DNA of 35,705 bases from Paraspadella gotoi (taxonomy: Eukaryota; Animalia; Chaetognatha). The DNA lies in contig JBJCIZ010001666.1 in the NCBI GenBank assembly GCA_051294375.1, forward strand, positions 112,725 to 148,429. Direction: 5' to 3'. A model generated the notes under the pieces. The model searched no databases, was not told where the DNA came from, and saw only the letters and a program-made list of their open reading frames with translations. The position numbers were made by a program, and so were the translations under genes. The stretch's first letter is position 1, and the number at the start of each line of letters is the position of its first letter. Shown in pieces: positions 23,215 to 33,372 of this stretch.

Positions 23215-23307
23215 TTACCAACAGTTCCTGTGGAGGTGACCGTATCGTCCGCAGCCGTAACATTGCGGAACGCGGCCGCGACCTCGAGAGTTCCCTCCAA
23301 ACAACAT
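23215..23307 (-). CDS. 30-codon CCHC zinc-knuckle reading frame (exon or gag remnant)
   Basis: MLFGGNSRGRGRVPQCYGCGRYGHLHRNCW* = C-x2-C-x4-H-x4-C. GC-rich island preceded by a CAG acceptor-like site. Confidence 0.5.
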   Translation of the reverse strand: MLFGGNSRGRGRVPQCYGCGRYGHLHRNCW

Positions 23308-23433
23308 TCTGATTTATGAAAGATGAAATTTTTATAAAATATTATTCTCAAATTTTAAACAATTAAATACAAATTTTATTAAAATTTAGAATATATATGA
23401 ATATAATATATATATATAATATATATATAATTT

Positions 23434-23629
23434 AGAATATATGATCAATCTAGATGGAATTCCACGTCGATCGGTAACAAATTTATCAATAAGGAAAAAA
23501 GCGATATTCGACCTAGTAAATAGTTGTATCAAAATTTTTAATACAACTATTTACTAGGTCGAATATCGCTTTTTTCCTCGTGGCTCAATATTGATAAATT
23601 GTGGAATTCCATCTAGATTGATCATATTC
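23434..23629. repeat. ~190-bp palindromic (MITE-like) element
   Basis: ATGATCAATCTAGATGGAATTCCAC / GTGGAATTCCATCTAGATTGATCAT outer arms and AAAAAAGCGATATTCGACCTAGTAAATAGTTGTAT perfect inner arms. Confidence 0.8.
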
Positions 23630-23710
23630 TGGTGGTCCTATCACCACAGATAGTTTAAAGCTGTTTCTTTTGCAGCGCCTCAGTGGACTAATGCACCATC
23701 CCTGAGGTTG

Positions 23711-23791
23711 TCATGTAGAAAGTGGGATGGACCGGGTAACCAGCCTGTAGGCTTGGGCCTGCTGCCAGATCTAAAGCTCTGGACTACGTGA
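23711..23791 (+). ncRNA. Twister ribozyme, type P5 permutation (best-preserved copy, family C)
   Basis: P5 TCATGTAG/CTACGTGA; P2 TGG/CCA; GATGG; linker ACCGGG; T^AA (23737/23738); GCC; P3 GTAGGC/GCCTGC; P4 CCAGA/TCTGG; L4 TCTAAAGC. T1 (TA/TG) and T2 (GC/GC) pseudoknots are both pairable. Confidence 0.8.
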
Positions 23792-24609
23792 ACATTTGAA
23801 CATGCTGTCTTGATGTTCCCACGAGGTGAAAAAGTCAAAATTTTAAAAGGTATTTTTCTTATTTTCTAAATCAGATTTCAATTCCTCTCGAAAAGTTGAT
23901 AAAATGAAATATAAATCATTAGAAAAAAAAAATTTCATTAAGAAGGTTAAAATTTGGACAAACTTCTTATTGTTAACCTATAATTAAATTTTAGTATGAA
24001 AATATTTTTTTTTATTTTTAGCTAACTTGATGAAAGAATTTTTTATTAAGACTTATATTTCCTTTTATCAACCTTTTTTGAGGAATTCGAATCTGCTTTC
24101 AAAACTATGAAAATTTTTAAAAATTTTTGACATTTTCTATGTATAAATAAAAGATAATGCAAAAAATTAATAAATTTTAAAAAAAAATTAATACAAGACT
24201 GTTCAAGGTCAATTATTCGAATTTTAATCTGCAACTTTTACTACGCTTTAATGTTGACTCTAAATCACTTTATTTTTTTTTTTCAAATTACCTTTCTGCC
24301 AGTTTTTCATCAAAAATATTGATGGTAATTCCGCGTTGAAATAACATTCTGAAATCGATAATTTAAAAGTAAAAGTAAAGTTAACATTTAATTAATTTAT
24401 ACTGCCATTGACCGTTTGCGAGTGAAACCATAGAAAAGCTTATCATAAAAAAATATAACAAAACTAAATGTGTTAGAAACAGGGTGAGTGGCATTTCAAT
24501 AAATGGTATAAAGCTTTGGACCATCAATTATGAAAGCGTATTTATGTATATTACTTTCAAACTACTAATTTTTAAAAATACTTAATGTTATGGAAACGGA
24601 GAGACATGT

Positions 24610-24790
24610 GTGATGCCCTGGGCGTGATGCGTTTCCGGACAGCCGGTGCTCAGGACTTTTGGACATGCAGTTACCACCTCATGTTACTGGCGTATTTAAG
24701 CCTACACCAAACTTAATCAGCGTGACCGTGAGGGGAATGAACCGGGAACTCATGGTTGGTGAACGAATACTTAGCTGTTCAAGCCAAGCT
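24610..24790 (-). mobile_element. tRNA-like SINE family F with heavily decayed twister-like remnant
   Basis: Minus strand TGGCTTGAACAGCTAAG...CCGGTTCATTCCC head, then AGGCT-TAA-ATAC-GCC-AGTAAC..GTAACT-G-CATG-TCCAAAAGT-CCTG. Confidence 0.45.
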
Positions 24791-25101
24791 ATACTGCAAA
24801 CGAAGACATAATCATGATTTAGTATAATCATAGTAAGAACCGTCATGTTTAACTCGTTGCGCCGTATTGGCCTTCTTTTAAGGATCAATTTCCTGATGAT
24901 GAGTTGATAAAGTATTAAACGTCGGCAGAAAAAGCATATTATGGTCTATTACTTCAATATTCATTTTAAAAAAATGTGATTACATTTACTAGACCCTAAT
25001 TCTCATGATCAATTTACAAATATAGAAGATATGTGCAACCTGCAAATTGTATCTTCCAAGTTTGCCTAATGTTTTTTATTTTTTTATTTATTGAATTATA
25101 T

Positions 25102-25176
25102 CGGACATGTTTCGGCTTAGGTACAAGCCTACATCAGCGCTGATGAAGGCTTGTACCTAAGCCGAAACATATCCGT
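25102..25176. ncRNA. Inverted pair of minimal type I hammerhead motifs (Penelope-like pLTR remnant)
   Basis: Plus arm GCG-CTGATGA-AGGCTT..AAGCC-GAAA-CATATC-CGT. Minus arm ...CTGATGT...GAAACATGTC. One substitution in each arm. Confidence 0.75.
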
Positions 25177-25604
25177 TAATAATAAAATAAATCGTTGTTG
25201 AAACTAATTTCAAACTCTTCTAGTTGTCATTACACAACGAAACGAAAGGATTATATCACAATGAATTATATCATATTTAGTTTCAGGTCATTTTTTCGGT
25301 GACCCACCGACCGACCAGCAACCAAGTGTCATATAAAATACTCTTGGTTCGAAGGAAAAATATTTGTAATTGGCAGGAGGCGGGTGTGTATTGGAAAGTC
25401 CAAATACCTTTAACCACTTGATGACATGCAGTGATAAAACAAAATAAAAAATAATAATAACAAACAACTGGTAAACTCAAAATTTATTTTTTATAATTAT
25501 AAATTACAAACCCACGGCCTCTTCCGCGATAACTGCTTTGACGGCCTCGTTGGCCACATGCAGAGGTCTCTGGTGTTTCCTGTGTACTAATGAGAAGAAG
25601 ATCA

Positions 25605-25664
25605 CAACTTAAAGCGTAAGGTTTTAATCATCAACAACTTAAAGCGTAAGGTTTTAATCATCAA
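25605..25664. repeat. Perfect 30-bp tandem duplication
   Basis: (ACAACTTAAAGCGTAAGGTTTTAATCATCA)x2. Confidence 0.9.
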
Positions 25665-25818
25665 TAAATTATTAAAAATCTGTGTTCTAAATTTTAACAC
25701 TAATGGCTTAACTCAAAGTACTCTGACAAGCATTGGTACAAAAACGAATTTGCAATAGCAAGGGAGCATAATTACTAAAATTTGTAGTAGAATTTAGTCT
25801 CTACAGAAGGTATAACAA

Positions 25819-26085
25819 AACAAGTTTGAGCAAACAATGCCGGATCTGCACACGATCATTAATGGTATGCAGCAGATGAGATAATTAATTAACCAACACA
25901 CAAAATCGTCCTATACACTCCTATAGACAGTAATTGGCGATGAAAGCTAAGTTGGGACGGACAGACGGACGGACATCAGTTGTTTTTTTTCCATAATTTA
26001 TTATAATTCGATGTTCTGACAATATTTAACTGACTTACCGACAAAATTTTGGGATGGGACCGACGAACCGACAAAGTGAATTATA
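25819..26085 (+). mobile_element. Internally deleted HINE-like element
   Basis: AACAAGTTTGAGCAAACAATGCCGGATCTGC start, GGACGGACAGACGGACGGAC, GGACCGACGAACCGACAAAGTGAATTATA. Confidence 0.7.
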
Positions 26086-26646
26086 AATTTGACGTTATGG
26101 ACATAGATAAAAGTAATGAATCCTCCAATTTTAGATTTACTTATCAAATAATTTCACGGTTTCCCGGTGCTGCTTTGACGGAGGACTTGGATCGGACTCG
26201 TCAGTTTTTCTGTGAATTATTACAAATAAATTAATGAGGCTAAATAAATAATTATGAATAAGTTTCTGCTGCATTCTCATTTATTTTGAACATAAGTCAA
26301 AAAGCCCTAGTCCTTTTTAATCTTCTTATGCTTTAATCAACAAAGTGTAGTAATAAAATTCATAAATTGTTTAATTTAGTCCCAAAAGAGCTTTATCTCC
26401 CTGTATAAACGACTTACCATTTATAAATTAATTAAATATGACAAGATGGATATCTTAGTGATAATAATTAAAATGTTTCTAACCGTTTAGGTCGAGCTCC
26501 CAAATGTTCTCTTAAGTCCCTAAAAATAGGAATGATATTAAACATTATATTCGGAGATAAGTAATAGATTCTCTTGGAATAAAAGTTTGTCTTTGGATTT
26601 GTAAAATGCCATATTGAATATCAACATTAAGATAAATTAAACTTTG

Positions 26647-26835
26647 TGGCAACACATTCACTATCGCCAATCGTCTGAGTCTATCGTAAGAGCGAGGATT
26701 TTCTCTTCCCACCAAGCGGGCTGGGGTGCGCTAGTAAGCGGGACGGGACGTCTAAACCACCTGTCGTGGCGGACTACAGTTAGATCCGAAGTTCTGAAAT
26801 AACAGGCGGTAATTTGTCTAGTCGTGTGGCATTAA
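26647..26835 (+). mobile_element. SINE family B copy with twister core (26731-26800)
   Basis: Homologous to 11907-12135. GACGG-GACGTC-TAA-ACC-ACC...TTAGA-TCCGAAGT-TCTGA. Confidence 0.7.
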
Positions 26836-27152
26836 AACTTAATTAACAACCTCAAAGCAACAAAGATTCAAACAAGTAAAAGTGTAAAGTTATATTTTTC
26901 ATTTTTCATCAGTACATCTCATAGCGAGTTACCGTCGATTGTCGGGAAGAGGAGGCAGATCGATGTTGGGAGGAGGCCGAATTGGCGAGGTTTTGCGACA
27001 GGCGTCGCGATTGCTTTGCTGTGATTTATTTTCTTCTTCTCTGTCAACGATAAAATTTTTAATTGTTCTCTAACTATACCAGTTGAGCAATTTTATAATT
27101 GCCTTTGCAGTCTGTGACCGAGAGGAGTGACCGAGAGTGACCGAGAGTATTC

Positions 27153-27330
27153 CTGCCTCTCAGTGAGTGTAGTTAGCCCCCACACTTAATGTGCCTAGTG
27201 GGTCTAGGAGATTATTTCCATCGGTTGCCTTACTTTCCGGAACTGCGGATGCGGCGGTAGGCTTGCTATCGGTGATTTAACCGGACCGTCAAACTGTTCC
27301 GATCAGGGCTAGAACCCGGGACCATTGAGT
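27153..27330 (-). mobile_element. SINE family D copy with twister core (~27227-27294)
   Basis: Minus strand GGGTTCTAGCCC B-box, then GACGG-TCCGGT-TAA-ATC-ACC-GATAG..CTACC-G-CCGCA-TCCGCAGT-TCCGG. Confidence 0.65.
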
Positions 27331-27997
27331 TCAAAGATGAAGCGTTACTATTTTTAAGTAATGAGTAATAATATTTGTCAAAGATGTTTCGGCCCGACTG
27401 ACTCTCTTTTCCTACGTTTAATCGTATGGTTAAATTTAGACTCTTACTTTTTATGGTCAGGTTTTTTGTGGTCAATGAGTTACAACCGCGTTTTTCGAGA
27501 GAGAAAATGAAACCACATTTAGTTTTCGCTTGAACTCTCATTAAATTGTATCTTCACAATATTATTTAAATAAGTAGATAGGGATTTCAATATTTAAAAA
27601 AAGGGGATTTTATTCTAGAGAAAATAGACAATAACAAAAAGGTTGAAGTGACTGAGAGGAGAGAGGGTCGCCATGCCTCTCGGTGAGTGTGGATAGCCCC
27701 CACACTTAGTGTGCCCAGTGGGTCTGGGAGACTAATGCTGAGGGTCTTCGGTATTTTTTCCCCATTCCGTTCCGTTCCCATTCCGTTGAAATCTCCTCTG
27801 GTCGTAGGTTTTATTAAACTTCTTACTGCCTCATCCTTTTGAAAAAGATTATCTTTGGTTTGATTTTCCGCAGACTCTCCTGGTTTTAGGTGCCAGTCTC
27901 TTAAGAGGCGTGCTTTTGAATCCAACCACTACAACCACATTTAAGTAAGTAGACAGAGTTTTCAATATGAAACCAATGTGGATTTTAAGCTCTTATA

Positions 27998-28189
27998 TAA
28001 ATTTTCACTATAGGAATTCTGGGCTAAGTAAGAAAAAACTTTTTTTTACAAATATTTCGGCATATATTTTTATGCCATCATCATGTTATTGCTTTACCAC
28101 TGATGATGGCATAGAAATACCTGCCGAAATATTTGGGAAAAAAAAGTGTTTTTTGTTACTAAGCACAGAATTCCTATAGTGAAAATTTA
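27998..28189. mobile_element. Penelope-like inverted repeat with minimal hammerhead (28097-28136, +)
   Basis: Arms TTCACTATAGGAATTCTG / CAGAATTCCTATAGTGAA. CCA-CTGATGA-TGGCA..TGCC-GAAA-TATT-TGG. Confidence 0.7.
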
Positions 28190-29287
28190 CATTAGATCTT
28201 AATATACTCCCTGTGCTTGTGATGACGTTTAAAGAACAAAGTAGATTTTATTTTCGAGAAAATAGTAATTAACAAACGGAGTGAATAAAATCAGAAAGTC
28301 AATTTATAGAGAGAGTATGGATCTACGACACGGATAAAGTTTACCGACAGACAAAAGCCCGTTCAGAAATTGGCCGGTGCCATCGGTGGCTTGAAAAATG
28401 AGAGAGTTGTATTCTTTTTCTGGCGAATTTTATTTTGGTCACCGATCCGATTCCGGTTCCGGTTTGTAATTGATTTAAATTCAGTACTCATTCAGAAAAT
28501 TAATTATTATATTTTTTATACTTTGTATACAATTTATTATATTTGTATATAAATTTTTGTACTGACGTTGATAGGGCATAACTTGTAAAATTTATTGCCA
28601 AATCAATACAATGCATTTCATAACATTGCGAGTGTAGAAGTACATTTATTATCAATAACACAATATTATTAGACAGAGACATGTTGTTAATCAGAAAGAT
28701 GATGAGAGAACTAAAGGAAGAGAGTAGTTTTTAACTCCAAGCTGACGGTGCCGCACAAACAGCGGCATATGTAGATCGTCTTGAAGGTTCTGGCCGAAAA
28801 GTTGGGCGTCGGGAGTGCCAGCCTGGAAACCCGAGGTGCCGGCCTCAACGTCGGCAGTACCAGTCTCGACATTGAAGGTGTCGGCCTGTACGAAGATGGT
28901 GCAGGTCTGTACGTTGATGGTGCCGTCCTGGACAACGTGGTAGAGTCCTAGAAGGTGGTGGTTTCGGCCTGCAAGGCGTCACTGGAGGAAGAGCCATCTC
29001 AAGATCGCGCCTGACTGCACGTATCGCTGCGATCGCGACTTCAATAAAACAGTGGGCGTCATTGACATTGGTCAAAGATTTTTGTAGAAAGAATTTTCAG
29101 AAGCGTTTTCGCGGTTCATGTTATTATCAATAACACAATGTTATTAGATAGAGAGACATGTTGTTAATCAGCGAGATCATGATTAAACTAAAGGTAGAGA
29201 CCGCGGCATTGACCAAGTAAGAAAGTGAGAGAAAGAGTGATCAGTAGCAAGCTTCCCGAGCGACCACCAAACAGTGGCCAACTGGGG

Positions 29288-30036
29288 TCAAAACCGTGGC
29301 AACGAAAAAGTCGTCGCCACACTAGGAATAATAAAAGCTTGTGTGTAATAATAAACGAGTAATTAAAAGCAACAAATTAAAATATTAAAGAAATGGTATT
29401 TGCAAACCTAGCTTTCTTTGCAGGAAGCGGAGGAAACTCGGACCCTTTAAAATATTTTATAACAATTACTTGCAAAAGAGAAAAGTCAATAAAAATAACG
29501 AATTCAAATTACTCTGTTGGACATAAACTCTCAGAATGGAGAGCAAGAGACGGAAAACCCCGCTCATCAACTCGACTTAAATAGAATTAAACATTGAATG
29601 ATAAAATTATTAATATATTATAGGACTCACTCTTGAGTTTAGAAGTCCACTTGCGACTTTCAGCATCTAGATATCAAGGAAATAATTATATAAATTAATA
29701 AAATTAAATGGAATTGTTTATTTTGCTGACAGACAACGAGTTTTTTTTTCATTTTCACAGAAAAACGTACATGTTTTGGCTACTATGCTAGCCTTCATCC
29801 GCGAAAAATATTAAGTTCATTATTTTGCGCTGATGAAGACTAGCGTATTAGCCGAAACATGTACGTTTTTCTTCTGAAATTAAAAACAAATTTGTTGTCT
29901 GTCAGCAAAACAAACAATTCCATTTAATTAGAATTTCAAACGCAACAAAACGATAAGCTCGAAATAATAACTCAAGTATTGAATATCATATGCATTTCTA
30001 TTTTCAATTACCGCCTTCAGGTGCTCCTGTGGCCAT
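29288..30036 (-). CDS. Candidate small multi-exon ORF of unknown function
   Basis: GC-richer islands bounded by AG/GT (30036-30012, 29666-29631, 29444-29408, 29321-29288) join in frame: MATGAPEGDAESRKWTSKLKRSEFPPLPAKKASVATTFSLPRF*. No homology recognised. Confidence 0.3.
29702..29929. mobile_element. Penelope-like inverted repeat with minimal hammerhead (29827-29866, +)
   Basis: Arms AATTAAATGGAATTGTTT.TTTTGCTGACAGACAAC / GTTGTCTGTCAGCAAAA.AAACAATTCCATTTAATT. GCG-CTGATGA-AGACTA..TAGCC-GAAA-CAT-GTA-CGT. Confidence 0.75.
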
Positions 30037-30417
30037 CTGGAAAACTGAGGAAAAAAATATTATAAACATAATATTATTCTATGATCAAATTAGAATATAT
30101 GTATTTCGAGTTTAATGCGATTGTCGACAAGAATGCCACGGAACGGGTTAAGGATTAAAAGCAGGCTTGGGGTTTTTCAAGGGTCATCACTGAAGATTAT
30201 ATGCTTATAGGCGGGGTTAATATCGAAGGAGACTCAGCCTCACCTAACGTTATCGGGCGATCGCTGCAGAATTTCACAAAATTGTGATTGGTCGAGATTA
30301 TTGAAACCAACTACAAAATGTAAAAATTCGGAGAAAAAATGTAATCAGTTTAGTCATTTTTTATAACTTTAACATAAAAATATCATAAAACATATTTTAC
30401 AAAAGATTCCTAGTTTT

Positions 30418-31228
30418 GGTGCCGGAGGCAAGTCATTCGCCTCCCAACCCAAAGGTCCGGGGTTTTAGCCCGGTGGTCGCCTGGCAGTTAAAGAGGACGG
30501 GGCGCTTAACCCGCCTGTAACACGGTGTTACAGCCTGATCCGAAGCTCAGGGGCTGCATATTAGGGTGGAGTGATGAAAAGATTGAGTGATGGAACAATG
30601 TTATTTGGCTGCCTTTGTATATGTAATAAAAAATAATTAAGCCCTTTTTGCATAACAGTATCATTAATTGAATTTTCTTTTAGTAATATCCTTATAAAAT
30701 CATAAAATTTCAAAATCATATTTTTTTAATTTTAAGAACTGTTTTGGATTCGCCGGAAAAAAACTGAAAAACTTTTGTAAAATATGTTTATGATATTTTT
30801 AGGTTAAAGCTGCAAAAAATGACTAAAACGTTTCATCATATAATAGTTTCTACTACAGAGCGTCAAAAAGGGGAAATTTTAACCTTTTTTTCAATTTTTG
30901 ATACTGAAGGCATTGAAATTATTAATAACATGTTTTATATTTTTTGATCTAATTTTTATGAAGAATCAGAATCTTTAATAAAAATTTTAAAAAAATTCTT
31001 TTGAAAATTTATTATTTTATAAGGATATGACTATAAATATATTGTAATTAATGATACTGTTCCCCAAACAATACAAGCAAAATATTTTTTGTACTCCTTA
31101 ATCATACGATCTCACATCTAAAAATCCTTGTTTGTTCACTCAAATAAAATTTATTATTGCTCCACTCTACTGCTTATATTGAACGGTTCTGTTCACTAAC
31201 TCATAACAATTATCACTGTCTCTTCAAT
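30418..31228 (+). mobile_element. SINE family A copy (twister core 30484-30557) split by a hAT MITE
   Basis: 30418-30561 and 31170-31228 rejoin to match 20555-20748. Confidence 0.8.
30562..31169. mobile_element. hAT-type MITE
   Basis: Termini TAGGGTGGAG / CTCCACTCTA with 8-bp TSD CTGCATAT / CTGCTTAT (1 mismatch). The empty site is visible in the SINE copy at 20691. Confidence 0.8.
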
Positions 31229-31229
31229 A

Positions 31230-32430
31230 GTTTGAAATTTTACGAATATATAAGGATATTACTATAAAGAAAATTCAATTTATGATATTGTTATGCTAAT
31301 TTTTTTTCAAAAAGATATTAATGATTTTTCATTATTTAAAGGCAGAAAAAAAATATTATTCCATTGCTCAATATTTTCATAGCTCCACCCTAAATCCTAA
31401 TGGCCATAACCATTATGAATGGAGCACTCGAGAACAAAAAATTTATTTGAGTCAATTAACAATAATAATTTTATGCGAGATAGTATGATTATTATATATA
31501 AAAAGTATTTTGTTTATTTTGTTTCGGGAACAGAAAAGCAAAATACAATATATTTATAGTAATATCCTTATAAAGTAAAAAAATTTTATAAAATATTTTT
31601 AAAAAATTTTTATGAAAGATTCAGATTTCTTATAAAAAGTTAGACTAAAAATATAAAACATATCAAAAATTCCCATGTCTTCAGTGTCACAATTTTAAAA
31701 AAAAGTTAAAATTCTTTATTTTTTCACTCTCTGTAGTAGAAATTATTATGAAATTGGTACAACCAATATAAAAATTATCCATTCATTTAATAAATAAGCT
31801 ATCTTGCCCCTGACTTTGGATAGGCTTTGGTGGTTTAAGGCCTCCTCTTATATGATAAGACGTTTTTATTATTTTTCGCATCTTTAACATTAAAATATAT
31901 AACATATTTTATAAAAGTTTTTTTTATTTTTTTTTATGAATCTGAATCTGTTAAATTTAAATATTTTAAATTTTTAAAAATTTTACGAATTTATAAGGAT
32001 ATTAATATAAACAAAATACAATTTGCTATATAGTTATATTAAATTTCTTTAATTGCGTATACAGATGCAGCAAAAAATATTGTTAACTCGCTTAATTTTT
32101 TCATTACTCCGCCCTAATAACTTAGCTTTGGTTTTTGTTTTAAAATAACTGGTGGAGCATTGGGGAACATAAATTTTATTTGAGTGAACAAACAATGATA
32201 TTTAGACTTGAGATAGTATGATTTTAATTTAAAGAGTACAAAAAAAAACAGTATCATTAATTTCAATATATTTATAGTCATATCCTTATAAAATAATAAA
32301 TTTTTAAAATAATTGTTATTAAAGATTCTGATTCTTCTTAAAAAGTTAGATCAAAAATCTAAAATATGTTATTAAAAATTTCAATGTCTTCAGCGTCTAA
32401 GATGGAAAAAAAGGTCAAAATTTTCCACAA
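31230..32430. mobile_element. Cluster of fragments of the same hAT MITE family
   Basis: Termini CTCCACCCTAA (~31383-31393), CTCCGCCCTAA (~32107-32117) and GGTGGAGCA (32151). Internal blocks match 30562-31169 in reverse orientation. Confidence 0.65.
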
Positions 32431-32559
32431 TTTCATATATCGCGAAAATGAAGAAAAAGTAATTGTCAAATTGAGAGTATTGTTGATTTTGTCATAAAAG
32501 TAGATTGTCGAAAATGAAGATTTTATTATAGGAAAGTTAAACAACGAGTATATTATTAA

Positions 32560-32752
32560 AGAATATTTTAGGAAAGATGCCATAAAAGGAGAGTTAATAG
32601 TCGCGGTTTATCAGCAGGTTTGCATTTCCTCGTTGAAGGGCAAAAGACAGGCGCTGAAAAAAATATTTGCATTCTAGGGAATTGTTTTTTCCCCATTGTC
32701 GAGCGTTAAGGTGGGCTAGGACTTTAAGAAAGATCAGGGCTTCCTTGCTCCG
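32560..32752. repeat. Unclassified repeat, direct homologue of 35435-35600
   Basis: TAGGAAAGATGC.AT.AA.GGAG, GCATTCTAGGG..TGTTTTTTCCC.AT.GTCGAGCGTT..GGTGGGC.AGG.CTTT.AG.AAGATCAGGGCTTCC shared. Confidence 0.7.
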
Positions 32753-32982
32753 AAAAAAATGTGCGAGATAGCACCCTAAATTATGCTAAAAATAGCAAGA
32801 TTTTTTTACTTTGCTAAATATTATGCTAAATTAACTCATTGCTAATTTAATGCAAAACTGTTATGAGAGTATGAAGAAATTATTATTATTAGAGACCATG
32901 AAAAATCATTTAGACAGATAAGAACAAAAAAATTAAAAAAAGATTTTGAAGAGACATCATATGCACCGGTGAGGTATATTAA

Positions 32983-33162
32983 ATAAGGCAGTTTATTGTG
33001 GGATTTACAAGTCCAGTTTTTAAATTTTTTCTAATATTTCGATTTACATTGATAAATTATTTTTCAAGGCAGTCCAATTGAAAAATGATTTATCAATGTA
33101 AATCGAAATATTGGAAAAAATTTAAAAACTGGACTTGTAAATCCCACAATAAACTGTCTTAT
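32983..33162. repeat. ~180-bp near-perfect palindrome (MITE-like)
   Basis: ATAAGGCAGTTTATTGTGGGATTTACAAGTCCAGTTTTTAAATT... mirrored by ...AATTTAAAAACTGGACTTGTAAATCCCACAATAAACTGTCTTAT. Confidence 0.85.
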
Positions 33163-33228
33163 CTTAAAAAAACCTTAAAAGAATAGTGATCTAGCCAGAC
33201 GAGAGGAGGAAATAAAGAAATATAAAAA

Positions 33229-33372
33229 TTTGATGCGATGATAACCAATAACCAATAATTGATGCGATGATAACCAAATGATTGATGCGATGATAACCAA
33301 ATGATTTATATGATGATAATCATTCATTGATGCAATGATAGTCATTCATTGAAGCGATTAATCATTCATCAT
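33229..33372. repeat. Minisatellite of ~23-nt units
   Basis: (ATTGATGCGATGATAACCAAATG)n, decaying rightwards. Confidence 0.8.

Noticed and set aside
29310-29321. Gypsy primer-binding site TGGCGAC on the minus strand
   Set aside because: It is not preceded by an LTR ending in CA and no second LTR was found; the site fits a splice acceptor equally well.
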